Below, in pieces: positions 11,631 through 21,816 of a stretch of 64,000 nucleotides of DNA. The DNA is from Candidatus Poribacteria bacterium (GTDB lineage Bacteria; Poribacteria; WGA-4E; WGA-3G). The notes beneath the pieces are model-generated. The model made no database searches. It saw only the letters and a list, made by a program, of their open reading frames with translations, and was not told where the DNA came from. The stretch is taken from positions 256,001 through 320,000 of the forward strand of contig CAXXUA010000006.1 of NCBI GenBank assembly GCA_963663765.2, read 5' to 3'. Within the stretch, counting starts at the first letter, position 1. Each line of letters begins with the position of its first letter. The position numbers and the translations under genes were made by a program.

Positions 11631-11904
11631 AATATAAGAAAATTAAGGTGAATTATGAAAATAATTATACATAGTTATCACTTAACTGATTTAAAAGACA
11701 GACTATTTATTATCCATCTTGAATTCGGTAGGTGCGACCTCATGGTCGCGACCCAGGAAATGCCAAAAGGAATTCATACCGTTGATTTGAAGGTCGCTAC
11801 TACCTGTGCAAGTGTAAAATTAATTCCATAATCTACCATAGTTTAGTACAGATTTACACTATATCAAAACAGACGGAACTTTTTCTACCGTCTGTATAAA
11901 AAAA

Positions 11905-11976
11905 TACCGCTACGGGGATTCGAACCCCGGTTTGATGGCTGAGAACCATCCGTCCTCACCCATAGACGATAGCGGC
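11905..11976 (-). tRNA. tRNA-Glu(CTC)
   Basis: Cloverleaf GCCGCTA...TAGCGGT; anticodon arm GATGG-TTCTCAG-CCATC; GGTTCGAATCC T-arm; CCA not encoded. Confidence 0.93.
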
Positions 11977-12002
11977 ATAATAAGTAAGCTATGACTTGAT
12001 GC

Positions 12003-12437
12003 TCAAGATTCCTTTTCTGATGTTATTCTTCCAGCATGTGTAATCATCTCACTTAACACATCAAGGTTCACATCTTCCAATTTCCGAAAACTGATATTAC
12101 TTTTTCCCACTTTGACTTTACCAAGTTTGGAAGCATATATCTCTGCAAGATACTTCTTACCTTCAACAGCGTTCACATACACACTGAAGTAATTCTTCTG
12201 GCGAGCCAACCCAACAAGAAACCATTCGACTTTCTTTTTATCAGAACGCACGTAGGAAAAATTGCCGTAACCGATGATCTGTTGTTGACTACCTCCCCAG
12301 AAAACACCTTCCCATAAACAATATTCCTGATCTGGTAACGCCCTTCTAATGAGTTTGTGAATTTTTTCTAAAACTGACTGAGTTTCTGTTTCTTGATTTG
12401 CAATAAAATCTTCTGGTCGAGTATCAACACGTTCCAT
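12003..12437 (-). CDS. DUF1801-like protein
   Basis: IIGYG.F.Y, GLARQKNYFSVYV, LGKVKVGKSNISF. Confidence 0.75.
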   Translation of the reverse strand: MERVDTRPEDFIANQETETQSVLEKIHKLIRRALPDQEYCLWEGVFWGGSQQQIIGYGNFSYVRSDKKKVEWFLVGLARQKNYFSVYVNAVEGKKYLAEIYASKLGKVKVGKSNISFRKLEDVNLDVLSEMITHAGRITSEKES

Positions 12438-12488
12438 CTTGTATCCTTTCCGGTTGGTTCATTATATTCCTGTCATGTGTCAGAAAAA

Positions 12489-12559
12489 CTGCCCGGGAAG
12501 GATTCGAACCTTCACTACATGGTCCAGAGCCATGCGTCCTACCATTAGACGACCGGGCA
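12489..12559 (-). tRNA. tRNA-Gln(CTG)
   Basis: TGCCCGG...CCGGGCA; anticodon arm CATGG-CTCTGGA-CCATG; GGTTCGAATCC; CCA not encoded. Confidence 0.93.
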
Positions 12560-13003
12560 TCGCTTCAAAAATATGTATGGTTTATGCCAATAATTTGCGA
12601 AAAATTATTGATAACCGATATATGACATATCAATATTTTATTATACCATATTTTGATTTGCAATAAAAATTAAAATAGGTGGGCGATACCAGCGGCATTC
12701 AATTGTCACTTGAGTTTCTTGTGGGAGGGGTTTGTAACCCCGATTACTTGAATAGAATCGGCTCCTGAGTCGCGTAAATCACCAAGATATTTTGAAAAAT
12801 TCGACAATTGAATACCTCTGTATGCGATTCGACTTCAAGCAGGTATCTTATCCACGTCCTCCGCGTCCCCCGCGATTCCGCACACACCCTACACTCCGCA
12901 TAATCCTTGAAATACCATACGGAGAATGCCGAAAGGCATGCATACCGTTGATTTCTTGTATTGGCGATTCTGTCTGCGAAAAACTTTATACATCCCCAAA
13001 GAA

Positions 13004-13123
13004 CAGGGTTATTCAGTTTTCTTAATTTTTGGACTTTTCCAAAAAGAACCCCGCGGTAGGAGCGACCTCCCGGTCGCGATTTTCTCAGAAAACGACTAAA
13101 ATGCTTAAAAGTAAATAACCCTG
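13004..13123. mobile_element. 120-bp MITE (CAGGGTTATT ends) carrying a GTAGGAGCGACC REP
   Basis: cagggttattcagtttt / aaaagtaaataaccctg; related inverted copy at about 49465-49580. Confidence 0.7.
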
Positions 13124-13196
13124 TCCATAGAAAATCACACTTGCATATTATGCCTTACTATGATAATATATCAGAAAAGTTACAAAGGAGAAATAT

Positions 13197-14066
13197 ATGT
13201 TTAAAGTAGGTGTAATTGGTGACGAAGTATCACAAGACTTTGCAACCGTAGTCAATTTTGTAAAAGAATTCAACCTTGATTCCATAGAAATACGGTCGGT
13301 ATGGGACAAACTCCCACATCAACTCACAGATTCCGACATTGACGAAATGAAACGTATGTTAGATGGGACGGATATACAGATCATTGGGGTTGCATCTCCA
13401 TTTTTCAAATGCGATATGGACAACGTTGAGGAACGTAAAGAACATCTTGACATTTTGAAAGGATGCATCCGCACAGCAAAAGCATTTAATACCAATCTTA
13501 TTCGCACATTTGTCTTTTGGGACACTGGCAAAACAGTGGTTCGTTGGGACGAAATCATCTCTGCTTATGATGAACCACGCAAAATAATAGATGGTGAAGG
13601 TATTATACTGGGAATGGAAAACGAATCTACAACTTCGCTAAGTACTGCCAAACTCACAGCAAAGTTTATTGAAGAAATTGATTCTCCTAACATACGTGGA
13701 ATTTGGGACCCAGCAAATGAAGCACACGCAAAAGACGGTGTTACACCATTTCCCGACGCATACCAGCAGATGAAACCGACCATGATCCATGCACACCTAA
13801 AGGACGCTGCACCAAATCCTGATACCGGTGAAATGGAATCCGTACCTGTCGGCGACGGTGTCATTGACTGGCAAGGGCAGCTTCAAGCATTTGTTGACGA
13901 TGGATATGAAGGACATCTCTGCCTTGAAACGCATTGGCGACCCACTCTCAAAATTGACGATGATCTCATTAACAGACCCGGTGGAAAAGCCTTCTCCGAA
14001 GCAGGTGAAGAAGCATCGCGTATTTGCATTGAAAAACTACAAGGAATGATTGGAAAATTACAGTAG
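13197..14066 (+). CDS. Sugar phosphate isomerase/epimerase (xylose-isomerase-like TIM barrel)
   Basis: GMENE, WDPAN, HAHLKD, VPVGDGVIDW, CLETHW. Confidence 0.85.
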   Translation: MFKVGVIGDEVSQDFATVVNFVKEFNLDSIEIRSVWDKLPHQLTDSDIDEMKRMLDGTDIQIIGVASPFFKCDMDNVEERKEHLDILKGCIRTAKAFNTNLIRTFVFWDTGKTVVRWDEIISAYDEPRKIIDGEGIILGMENESTTSLSTAKLTAKFIEEIDSPNIRGIWDPANEAHAKDGVTPFPDAYQQMKPTMIHAHLKDAAPNPDTGEMESVPVGDGVIDWQGQLQAFVDDGYEGHLCLETHWRPTLKIDDDLINRPGGKAFSEAGEEASRICIEKLQGMIGKLQ

Positions 14067-14108
14067 TTGTTTCAACTTTTCTTCTGATCACTAATTTAGG
14101 AGTTTGTT

Positions 14109-14885
14109 ATGTCAACCCAAAAAACAGATAAACGTTTTCAATACGTCCCAACAGATGATGCAGGTATCTACTATCCGGAAACGGATGATAGACCCTTTGC
14201 TGAATCCGACCTACACCTTATCCATATAATCGACACATACCACAGACTAAATGCTTATTATGAAGAAAGAGAGGACGTTTATGTTTCTGGGAACTTACTC
14301 ATCTATGATGTTCCCGGCAAAACACAACGTTCTATTTCTCCTGATGTCATGGTTGTCTTTGGTATTGAGAAAAAAATGAGACGCACTTACAAAACTTGGG
14401 AAGAAGGAAAAGCTCCTGACCTCGTCATGGAGTTTTCAAGTAAAACCACATATAGATCCGATCTCAATAAGAAAATGAAAAGATATGCACAATTAGATGT
14501 AAAAGAGTACTTTCTATACGACCCTGAACGCAGCTACTTAGACGATCCATTGGTTGGACTAAGACTCAATGATGATGCACAATTTGTAACAATACAACCA
14601 CAACTAAATGGTGGAATCCCATCAACTGTTTTAGGGTTAGAGTTTTATATTAAAGAAGATGATTTAGGAATTTACAATCCTACTTCAGATGAATGGCTAC
14701 CAACACCATCTGAAAAAGCAGAGAAAGAAGCTGAAGCAAGACGTCAAGAAGCACAAGCAAGAAAGCAAGCAGAACAAGCAAGACGTCAAGAAGCACAAGT
14801 AAGAAAGCAAGCAGAACAGGAAAACACACGACTTCAATCAGAAATTGAACGACTAAAAGGCTTATTAAACACAAATGAAAAATAA
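14109..14885 (+). CDS. Uma2 (DUF820) family endonuclease-like protein
   Basis: ISPDVMVVFG, PDLVMEFSS, VKEYFLYDP; coiled-coil tail. Confidence 0.88.
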   Translation: MSTQKTDKRFQYVPTDDAGIYYPETDDRPFAESDLHLIHIIDTYHRLNAYYEEREDVYVSGNLLIYDVPGKTQRSISPDVMVVFGIEKKMRRTYKTWEEGKAPDLVMEFSSKTTYRSDLNKKMKRYAQLDVKEYFLYDPERSYLDDPLVGLRLNDDAQFVTIQPQLNGGIPSTVLGLEFYIKEDDLGIYNPTSDEWLPTPSEKAEKEAEARRQEAQARKQAEQARRQEAQVRKQAEQENTRLQSEIERLKGLLNTNEK

Positions 14886-14959
14886 GATTGTAGTAAAAGA
14901 TACAGATGCTGTCTTATGTCACGCATTAACTATACGAATGACAAAGGTAATATAACCAT

Positions 14960-15081
14960 CAGGACTTACGCACCCAATAATAGGCGTGCTTTGTAAGCGC
15001 GCTGGAAACATAAATAATGCTGAAAATTACAGCATTATTATCACAATTCTTGATTAAATCATGTCAAATGTTTAAGTCCTG
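14960..15081. mobile_element. MITE with CAGGACTTA ends and 5-bp TSD
   Basis: caggacttacgca / tgtttaagtcctg flanked by ACCAT on both sides. Confidence 0.75.
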
Positions 15082-15121
15082 ACCATAAAATAAACACCAT
15101 ATTAGGAGTAGAAAATGTCAA

Positions 15122-15404
15122 CCTAATGAACTTTGACGTTCAAGTTGGGTATTCGTAGGGGCGTGGTCTCCACGCCCGATCTACACAAACTCACAAACCA
15201 AACGGGTTGGGGAACCCAACCCCTACGAATTCAACTACCGATTTTGATTGTCAAAGTTCATTAGGTGTCAACTTAAGAAAATATTGTTTGCATTTTCTCT
15301 TGTAGGAGGGGTTTTCAACCCCGATTTGAGCGGAAATGCACTAAAAAATCGGGGTTGAAAACCCCTCCCACAAGAGGTTAAAATCCTTAAGTTGACACCT
15401 ATAG
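15122..15404. mobile_element. Long-TSD MITE with a nested TA-duplicating MITE (15126-15261)
   Basis: GAGTAGAAAATGTCAA repeated at 15106-15121 and 15405-15420; inner ends atgaactttgac / gtcaaagttcat flanked by TA. Confidence 0.7.
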
Positions 15405-15413
15405 GAGTAGAAA

Positions 15414-16169
15414 ATGTCAAACCAAAAGACAAATAAACGATTTCAATACGTCCCAACAGATGATGCAGGTATCTACTATCCGGAAACGGATGGTAGACCC
15501 TTCGCAGAATCCGACCTACACCGTATCCATATAATCGACACATATCACAGGTTAAATGCTTATTATGAAGATAGAGATGATGTCTACGTTTCTGGGAACT
15601 TACTCATCTATGATGTTCCCGGTAAAACACAACGCTCTATTTCTCCTGATGTCATGGTTGTCTTTGGTATTGAGAAAAAAATGAGACGCACTTACAAAAC
15701 TTGGGAAGAAGGAAAAGCACCTGACCTCGTCATGGAATTTTCAAGTAAAACCACATATAGATCCGATCTCAATAAGAAAATGAAAAGATATGCACTTTTA
15801 GGTGTAAAAGAGTATTTTCTATACGACCCTGAACGCAGCTACTTAGACGATCCATTGGTCGGTCTAAGACTAAATGATGATGGACAATATGTAACAATAC
15901 CACCACAACCAAATGGTGGAATCCCATCAACTGTTTTAGGGTTAGAGTTTTATATTCAAGAAGATGATTTAGGAATTTACAATCCTACTTCGGATGAATG
16001 GCTACCAACACCTGTTGAAAAAGCAGAGAAAGAAGCTGAAGCAAGACAACAAGAAACACAAGCAAGACAACAAGAAGCACAAGCAAGACAACGTGCAGAA
16101 AACGAAGTCACACGACTTCAAGCCGAAATAGAACGACTGAAAGGTCAAGTTAACAGACATGAAGATTAG
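15414..16169 (+). CDS. Uma2 (DUF820) family protein, close paralog of 14109-14885
   Basis: Near-identical sequence to the upstream paralog. Confidence 0.88.
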   Translation: MSNQKTNKRFQYVPTDDAGIYYPETDGRPFAESDLHRIHIIDTYHRLNAYYEDRDDVYVSGNLLIYDVPGKTQRSISPDVMVVFGIEKKMRRTYKTWEEGKAPDLVMEFSSKTTYRSDLNKKMKRYALLGVKEYFLYDPERSYLDDPLVGLRLNDDGQYVTIPPQPNGGIPSTVLGLEFYIQEDDLGIYNPTSDEWLPTPVEKAEKEAEARQQETQARQQEAQARQRAENEVTRLQAEIERLKGQVNRHED

Positions 16170-17244
16170 ATCGGTTCGTACTTCCTTATACGATATTCCA
16201 CCGCAAGTCCAACGTACTGATGCTATACAAGCATTTGTCTCAATGGAATTTCCTTTCATTGAAATAGAAGATACAAATGGCATCGTTGGCACTGGATTTT
16301 CATATACAATTGGTAAAGGTGGAAAAGCAATCAAACAAATTATAGATGCATACCTAACACCTATTCTGCTTGAAGAGGACGCATCTAACATTGATCGTAT
16401 CTGGAACCGTATGTGGATGGAAACGCACTGGGTTGGTAGAGGTGGCATAGTCGGATTAGGGATGGCAGCTGTAGATATTGCCCTATGGGATTTAATGGCA
16501 AAACGCGCTGAACTCCCACTATATCAACTCCTCGGTGGTGCACGAGATTCTGTGCCTGTTTACAACACTGATGGCGGATGGTTACATCTTACGCAGGACG
16601 AACTCGTTAGACAATCAGCAGGTTATGTGGAACAAGGATTCAAGGGTGTAAAAATAAAAGTTGGTCTTGACAATTTACATGAGGATGTTGCACGTATATT
16701 CGCAGTACGAGAAGCTATCGGACAAGAACCCTACCTGATGATTGATGCAAACATGAAGTGGAATGCACGTGAAGCAATCCAACTCGCTTGCCGTATTGAA
16801 GAAGCAGACATTTTTTGGTTCGAAGAACCGATAGAAGCAGATGATGTTGATAGCCATATAGACTTGCGTGAAAAAACAACTATCCCCATCGCTATCGGAG
16901 AAACAATCTACAATAAATATGTCTTTCAGGAATATATCGCACAAGGGGCAGCCGATATACTACAACCAGATGCTGTCCGCGTCGGTGGAATTACCGAATG
17001 GATGAAAGTCGCGCATACCGCTGAATGTTTCGGTCTTTCAGTTTCTCCCCACTTTCTCATGGATTTACACGTACATCTATCTGCGGCTGTACCACATTCA
17101 CTTTTTGTAGAATATATTCCATCACTTGACCCAGTACTAAGTGATACACTAACACTCAAAGATGGACACTTTTCTCCCCCAAATCGACCCGGACACGGCA
17201 TTCTGTTTGATAAACAGAAACTAAAACAATATCAAATCTCATAG
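16159..17244 (+). CDS. Mandelate racemase/muconate lactonizing enzyme family
   Basis: KIKVG, MIDAN, WFEEP, IGET, QPD, SPH. Confidence 0.9.
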   Translation: MKIRSVRTSLYDIPPQVQRTDAIQAFVSMEFPFIEIEDTNGIVGTGFSYTIGKGGKAIKQIIDAYLTPILLEEDASNIDRIWNRMWMETHWVGRGGIVGLGMAAVDIALWDLMAKRAELPLYQLLGGARDSVPVYNTDGGWLHLTQDELVRQSAGYVEQGFKGVKIKVGLDNLHEDVARIFAVREAIGQEPYLMIDANMKWNAREAIQLACRIEEADIFWFEEPIEADDVDSHIDLREKTTIPIAIGETIYNKYVFQEYIAQGAADILQPDAVRVGGITEWMKVAHTAECFGLSVSPHFLMDLHVHLSAAVPHSLFVEYIPSLDPVLSDTLTLKDGHFSPPNRPGHGILFDKQKLKQYQIS

Positions 17245-17269
17245 ACAATTACTATGCGAGGAAATCTAA

Positions 17270-17980
17270 TTGAAACTTAAAAATCGTGTCGCAATCATCA
17301 CAGGAGGCGGACGCGGCATCGGACGCGCAACCGCATTAGCATTTGCAAGAGAAGGTGCAGATATCATTCTCGCAGCTCGGACTTCATCAGAGATAACCGA
17401 TGTCGCAAATGTAGTTACAACACTCGGTAGACGTGCTCATGCAATCACAACTGATGTCCAAAACAAATCCGAAGTTAACGACATGGTTACACATACTCTT
17501 GACACTTTCGGTAGAGTGGATATTCTTGTCAACAATGCCGGCGTTGCAATCCATAACCCCATTCCTAACATACGTGAGGAAGATTGGGACATCACAATGG
17601 CAGTCAACCTAAAAGGTGTTTTTCTTTGCACTCAAGCTGTCTTTAGCAACATGTGTGACCAAAAACGCGGGCATATTGTCAACGTTTCATCGGTCTCCGG
17701 TAAATTTGGTCATACCAATGGAGGTGCATATTGTGCATCAAAATTCGCTGTTATCGGTTTTACCGAGACGACCAATAATGAAGGTAAACCACACGGTGTA
17801 AAAGCATCAGTCGTATGTCCCGGTCCAGTTGACACCAAGATGCGACGAGATAACCACCCAAACGATGTCATCGAAAACCTCACACAACCAGAAGATGTCG
17901 CTGACCTGATACTATTCCTTGTTTCACAATCTCCCCGCGCACATACTCTTGAGACTGTTATCCGAACACAATTAATGTAA
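17270..17980 (+). CDS. SDR family oxidoreductase
   Basis: TGGGRGIG, NNAG, YCASK. Confidence 0.93.
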   Translation: MKLKNRVAIITGGGRGIGRATALAFAREGADIILAARTSSEITDVANVVTTLGRRAHAITTDVQNKSEVNDMVTHTLDTFGRVDILVNNAGVAIHNPIPNIREEDWDITMAVNLKGVFLCTQAVFSNMCDQKRGHIVNVSSVSGKFGHTNGGAYCASKFAVIGFTETTNNEGKPHGVKASVVCPGPVDTKMRRDNHPNDVIENLTQPEDVADLILFLVSQSPRAHTLETVIRTQLM

Positions 17981-17999
17981 ATTACATACCAGAGATAAA

Positions 18000-18776
18000 A
18001 TGTACATTGATTCACACGCACACATTCAGCTTAATCAATTTCAACATGATCAACAAGAAGTACTCAAACGTGCAATCCAAGCCGAAGTCAACACAATCCT
18101 TGTAATAGGATTTGACTTAGAAACCAGTAGGAGTGCGATTGAACTCGCCGAAAAACATGATAATCTCTATGCCACAGTTGGAATGCACCCACACGACGCA
18201 AAAAGACTAACACCAGACACTCTCACGACCTTCCGTGAACTCATAAAACATGAAAAAGTAATTGCATACGGGGAAATAGGGTTGGACTATTACCGAAATC
18301 TATCACCAACAGATATACAAAAAGACGCGTTCGAGAAGCAATTAGACATTGCTGAAGAAAACAACTTGCCAATTATCATACATAACCGAGATGCTTATAT
18401 GGATATACTCCCAATCTTAGAAGCACGATGCGGTAAAGTCAAAGGCGTCCTACACTGTTTTACTGGCGATGTTGAATTAATGCACAGAACGCTACAAATC
18501 GGATTTCACATAGGTATTGGGGGTATTGTAACATACCCAAATGCAAAAGACATACAAACTGTCGCAAAGGCAGTTCCTCAAGATAAACTACTGATTGAAA
18601 CCGATTGTCCATGGCTAACTCCTCAATTCCGACGTGGTAAACGCAACGAACCGGCTTACGTGGTAGCAGTTGCAAAAAAAATCGCTGAGCTTCGTCATAC
18701 CTCAACTGAGGCAATCGGTGAAATCACTACAAAGAATTTCAACACACTCTTTGGTATCTCAAAAAAGAAACCATAA
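18000..18776 (+). CDS. tatD: TatD family deoxyribonuclease
   Basis: DSHAH, GEIGLDY, HNRDA, HCF, ETDCP. Confidence 0.92.
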   Translation: MYIDSHAHIQLNQFQHDQQEVLKRAIQAEVNTILVIGFDLETSRSAIELAEKHDNLYATVGMHPHDAKRLTPDTLTTFRELIKHEKVIAYGEIGLDYYRNLSPTDIQKDAFEKQLDIAEENNLPIIIHNRDAYMDILPILEARCGKVKGVLHCFTGDVELMHRTLQIGFHIGIGGIVTYPNAKDIQTVAKAVPQDKLLIETDCPWLTPQFRRGKRNEPAYVVAVAKKIAELRHTSTEAIGEITTKNFNTLFGISKKKP

Positions 18777-18785
18777 TTATTATCT

Positions 18786-19898
18786 ATGAAGCATCTGAAT
18801 CTTCGTATGTATGCGATGGTCATTGCACTCGTCTGTATCTGGATCATTTTTGCATTCCTCACTGGTGGAACTTTCCTTAGCAACCGTAATCTATCCAATC
18901 TATCACGACAAGGAACTGTGACTGCAATACTCGCATTAGGTATGGTGTTAGTCATCATTTCCGCAAATATAGATTTATCTGTCGGTTTCGGTGCAGGACT
19001 ACTCGGAGCTATCACAGCAATTATCCATGTACAGTGGAAGATACCAATCATCGTAACGCTAATGGCAGTTATCGGTATAGGATGCATTATAGGTGTTGTC
19101 CAAGGCTACCTTGTCGCTTATCAACGAATACCAGCATTTATTGTCACACTCGGTGGATTCCTGGTTTTCAGGGGTTTGATGTTGGCATTTACAAAAGGTG
19201 AGACCATCCTTTTACACGACAACTGGCTAAGAGACATTGGAGACGCATATCTTCCACATAGTATCGGATGGGGACTCATGGGTGTCGGTCTCGCTCTTAG
19301 TGGTTTTGTGTTTTTCCGACAAATAAATACAGCAAATTTACAAGAAAACAATAAATCACTCATACCAATTATAATAAAAACTCTGGTTACATGGGGATGT
19401 ATTATAGCGTTTGTAGTTTCCATGAATTCCTATAGAGGCATACCAATTCCCGCATGTATCCTTTTAGGTTTAACCTTTATCTTCCACTTCATTGCGAATC
19501 ACACTCGTTTCGGTAGATATGTCTATGCTGTCGGCGGTAACGCAGAAGCAGCATACTTATCTGGTGTCAATGTCCGAAGTATTACGCTACTTGTGTTTGC
19601 TCTAATGGGCGCATTGATGGCAATCGCAGGTATTGTCATGACTACCCGTCTCGGCAGTGCTGGACCAGGTGCTGGTAGGTTACTGGAATTAGACGCAATT
19701 GCCGCATGTGTCATCGGCGGCGCAAGTCTTATGGGAGGACGCGGCACCATCTTCGGCGCAATCTTAGGCGCATTCGTTATGGCAAGTCTCAGCAACGGAA
19801 TGAGCATGGCAAATATGGACATCGCATGGCAGGACGTCATCAAAGGTATAGTCCTTGTCACCGCTGTCGGATTTGACATGGCTTCACGAAAATCATAA
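18786..19898 (+). CDS. Sugar ABC transporter permease (XylH-like)
   Basis: IDLSVG, IPAFIVTLGG, TRFGRYVYAVGGN, ELDAIAACVIGG. Confidence 0.9.
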   Translation: MKHLNLRMYAMVIALVCIWIIFAFLTGGTFLSNRNLSNLSRQGTVTAILALGMVLVIISANIDLSVGFGAGLLGAITAIIHVQWKIPIIVTLMAVIGIGCIIGVVQGYLVAYQRIPAFIVTLGGFLVFRGLMLAFTKGETILLHDNWLRDIGDAYLPHSIGWGLMGVGLALSGFVFFRQINTANLQENNKSLIPIIIKTLVTWGCIIAFVVSMNSYRGIPIPACILLGLTFIFHFIANHTRFGRYVYAVGGNAEAAYLSGVNVRSITLLVFALMGALMAIAGIVMTTRLGSAGPGAGRLLELDAIAACVIGGASLMGGRGTIFGAILGAFVMASLSNGMSMANMDIAWQDVIKGIVLVTAVGFDMASRKS

Positions 19899-20015
19899 CT
19901 GACTTTTCAAAACCTTCACTTTTTCTACAAAAATCAAACTTTTCTTATATTTTTTTAAACCGTTCTTAAGAATTTCCTACTCATTATAACCGAAATCTAA
20001 TTAGGAATTCTGTAT

Positions 20016-21800
20016 ATGTACTTCAATTTTATACCCATAAGCGACCTGAAAGATGAAGATCTCGTCCCGCTTGTTCAAGCTCGTGACGAAACAGCATTCA
20101 AGGAATTGATGAATCGTTACAATCCAAAAATCTGGTTTGTAGTTAACGAAAATTCAAGACAACGCCAAGATGCTGAAGAGATCCTTATGGACATCTGGAT
20201 GGCAGTTTGGGATAACATTATCGGTTTGCGAAAACCAGAAAGTTTTGGCGGTTGGTTACGCAGAATCGCACATAACGCCTGCAAAAGATACTACGCATCG
20301 GGAAAAAATCAGCATAGTGAAATACTATTAGATTACGATGAACTAACTCTACAGATTGATAGAGAAGCGGAACAACGTTTTCAAAACGCAAGACTACGAT
20401 CTGATGCAAGAGAAGCAGTACATCAACTTCCACAACGCATAGTGTCTGTCGCGAGATTATACTATCTTGAGCAGTGGAACGTCAATGAGATCGCTACTGA
20501 ACTCAACTTAGCTGTCGGTACTGTAAAGTCAAAACTCAGTGAAGTACGGAAACTGCTAAGAAAAGAATTTGAGGTTGAACCTATAAGGAGAGAAACTATG
20601 TCAGCTAACATGCAAAACAATGAAAACGAACAGAAAAAAATAAAAATTATAGGTGTTGGCGGTGCTGGATGTAACACTGTTAAACGCCTAATTGATGAAA
20701 GTTTGAGAAACACTGAATTCTATGTTGTTGATACTGATAAGGAAACCCTTAGTTCTTGCAATGAGGTGACACAAGTACAAATCGGTATAAACAATCTTAA
20801 AGGGCAAAGTACCAACGGAAACCTGGAACTTGGGAAAAGGGCAGCTGCGGAAAGTATGGATGAACTACGTACTATCGTCTCAGACGCAAATCTAGTTTTT
20901 GTAATTGCAGGTATGGGGGGAGGAACTGGTACTGCCGTTGCACCAGTTATTACTTCACTGGCACGCCAACAAAAAGCATTGACGATCTGTATGGCAACAC
21001 GTCCATTTGAAGTAGAGGGAAAACTACGCTCAGAACAGGCAGAAGAAGGGATAAGGGAACTGCACAGTAACGAGCATCCCCAAGCTGATGCAGTTATCAT
21101 TGTCCCAAACCAGCGAATACTCGATTTAGTTGACGTGGATTTACCTATACCACAAGCATATTTGGAAAGTGATGAAATTTTGGTACAAGGTGTAAGTCTT
21201 ATCGCAGAAATGGTTACACATAATGGTGAAATAAGTGTAGACTTAGAAGATATTCAATCAATACTGCAAGACAAAGGAACTGTTCTAATGAGTTTCGGCA
21301 AAGCTAATGGCGAAAATAGAGCAAGAATCGCTGCACGGAACGCAATATCCTCACCCTTATTGGAAGAGAGTAAAGTCAATGAGGAATCTGCAGTCATTGT
21401 TGGTATCGCATCTCCACCAGATTTTACCTTTCATGAATTAGATGAAACCATGAAGGAAATAGTTAAAGAAACCCCACCTGAACAGATTATGTTTGGATTA
21501 GTATATAAAAAAGAACTGGAGGCAACTGGGGAAGTGATAGTAACAATCATTTCAACAATACCTGATTCTTCTAAACAGCAAGTACTTACAATTGACACCA
21601 GTAAGGACACAGAAGCTCCCACTGATGATAAGACCGTTTCCGCATCAAAAAAACAAGAATTTACACATCAACCCAAATACAGTAATTATGATCTTTCATA
21701 TCTTATAAATCAAGTACCCGTAAATGTTAAAACAACCATTGAACAAGGTATTACTGCCACAGTAAAAAATCAACCACAGTCAGCAAAACTACAAAGTTGA
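20016..21800 (+). CDS. ECF-type sigma70 factor fused to an FtsZ-like GTPase domain
   Basis: aa 1-190: sigma region 2 (DAEEILMDIW, FGGWLRRIAHN) and region 4 (EIATELNLAVGTVKSKL); from aa 195: IKIIGVGGAGCN, AGMGGGTGTA, TRPFEVEG..R, IIVPNQRI. Confidence 0.88.
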   Translation: MYFNFIPISDLKDEDLVPLVQARDETAFKELMNRYNPKIWFVVNENSRQRQDAEEILMDIWMAVWDNIIGLRKPESFGGWLRRIAHNACKRYYASGKNQHSEILLDYDELTLQIDREAEQRFQNARLRSDAREAVHQLPQRIVSVARLYYLEQWNVNEIATELNLAVGTVKSKLSEVRKLLRKEFEVEPIRRETMSANMQNNENEQKKIKIIGVGGAGCNTVKRLIDESLRNTEFYVVDTDKETLSSCNEVTQVQIGINNLKGQSTNGNLELGKRAAAESMDELRTIVSDANLVFVIAGMGGGTGTAVAPVITSLARQQKALTICMATRPFEVEGKLRSEQAEEGIRELHSNEHPQADAVIIVPNQRILDLVDVDLPIPQAYLESDEILVQGVSLIAEMVTHNGEISVDLEDIQSILQDKGTVLMSFGKANGENRARIAARNAISSPLLEESKVNEESAVIVGIASPPDFTFHELDETMKEIVKETPPEQIMFGLVYKKELEATGEVIVTIISTIPDSSKQQVLTIDTSKDTEAPTDDKTVSASKKQEFTHQPKYSNYDLSYLINQVPVNVKTTIEQGITATVKNQPQSAKLQS

Positions 21801-21816
21801 TATAATAATTACTGTG

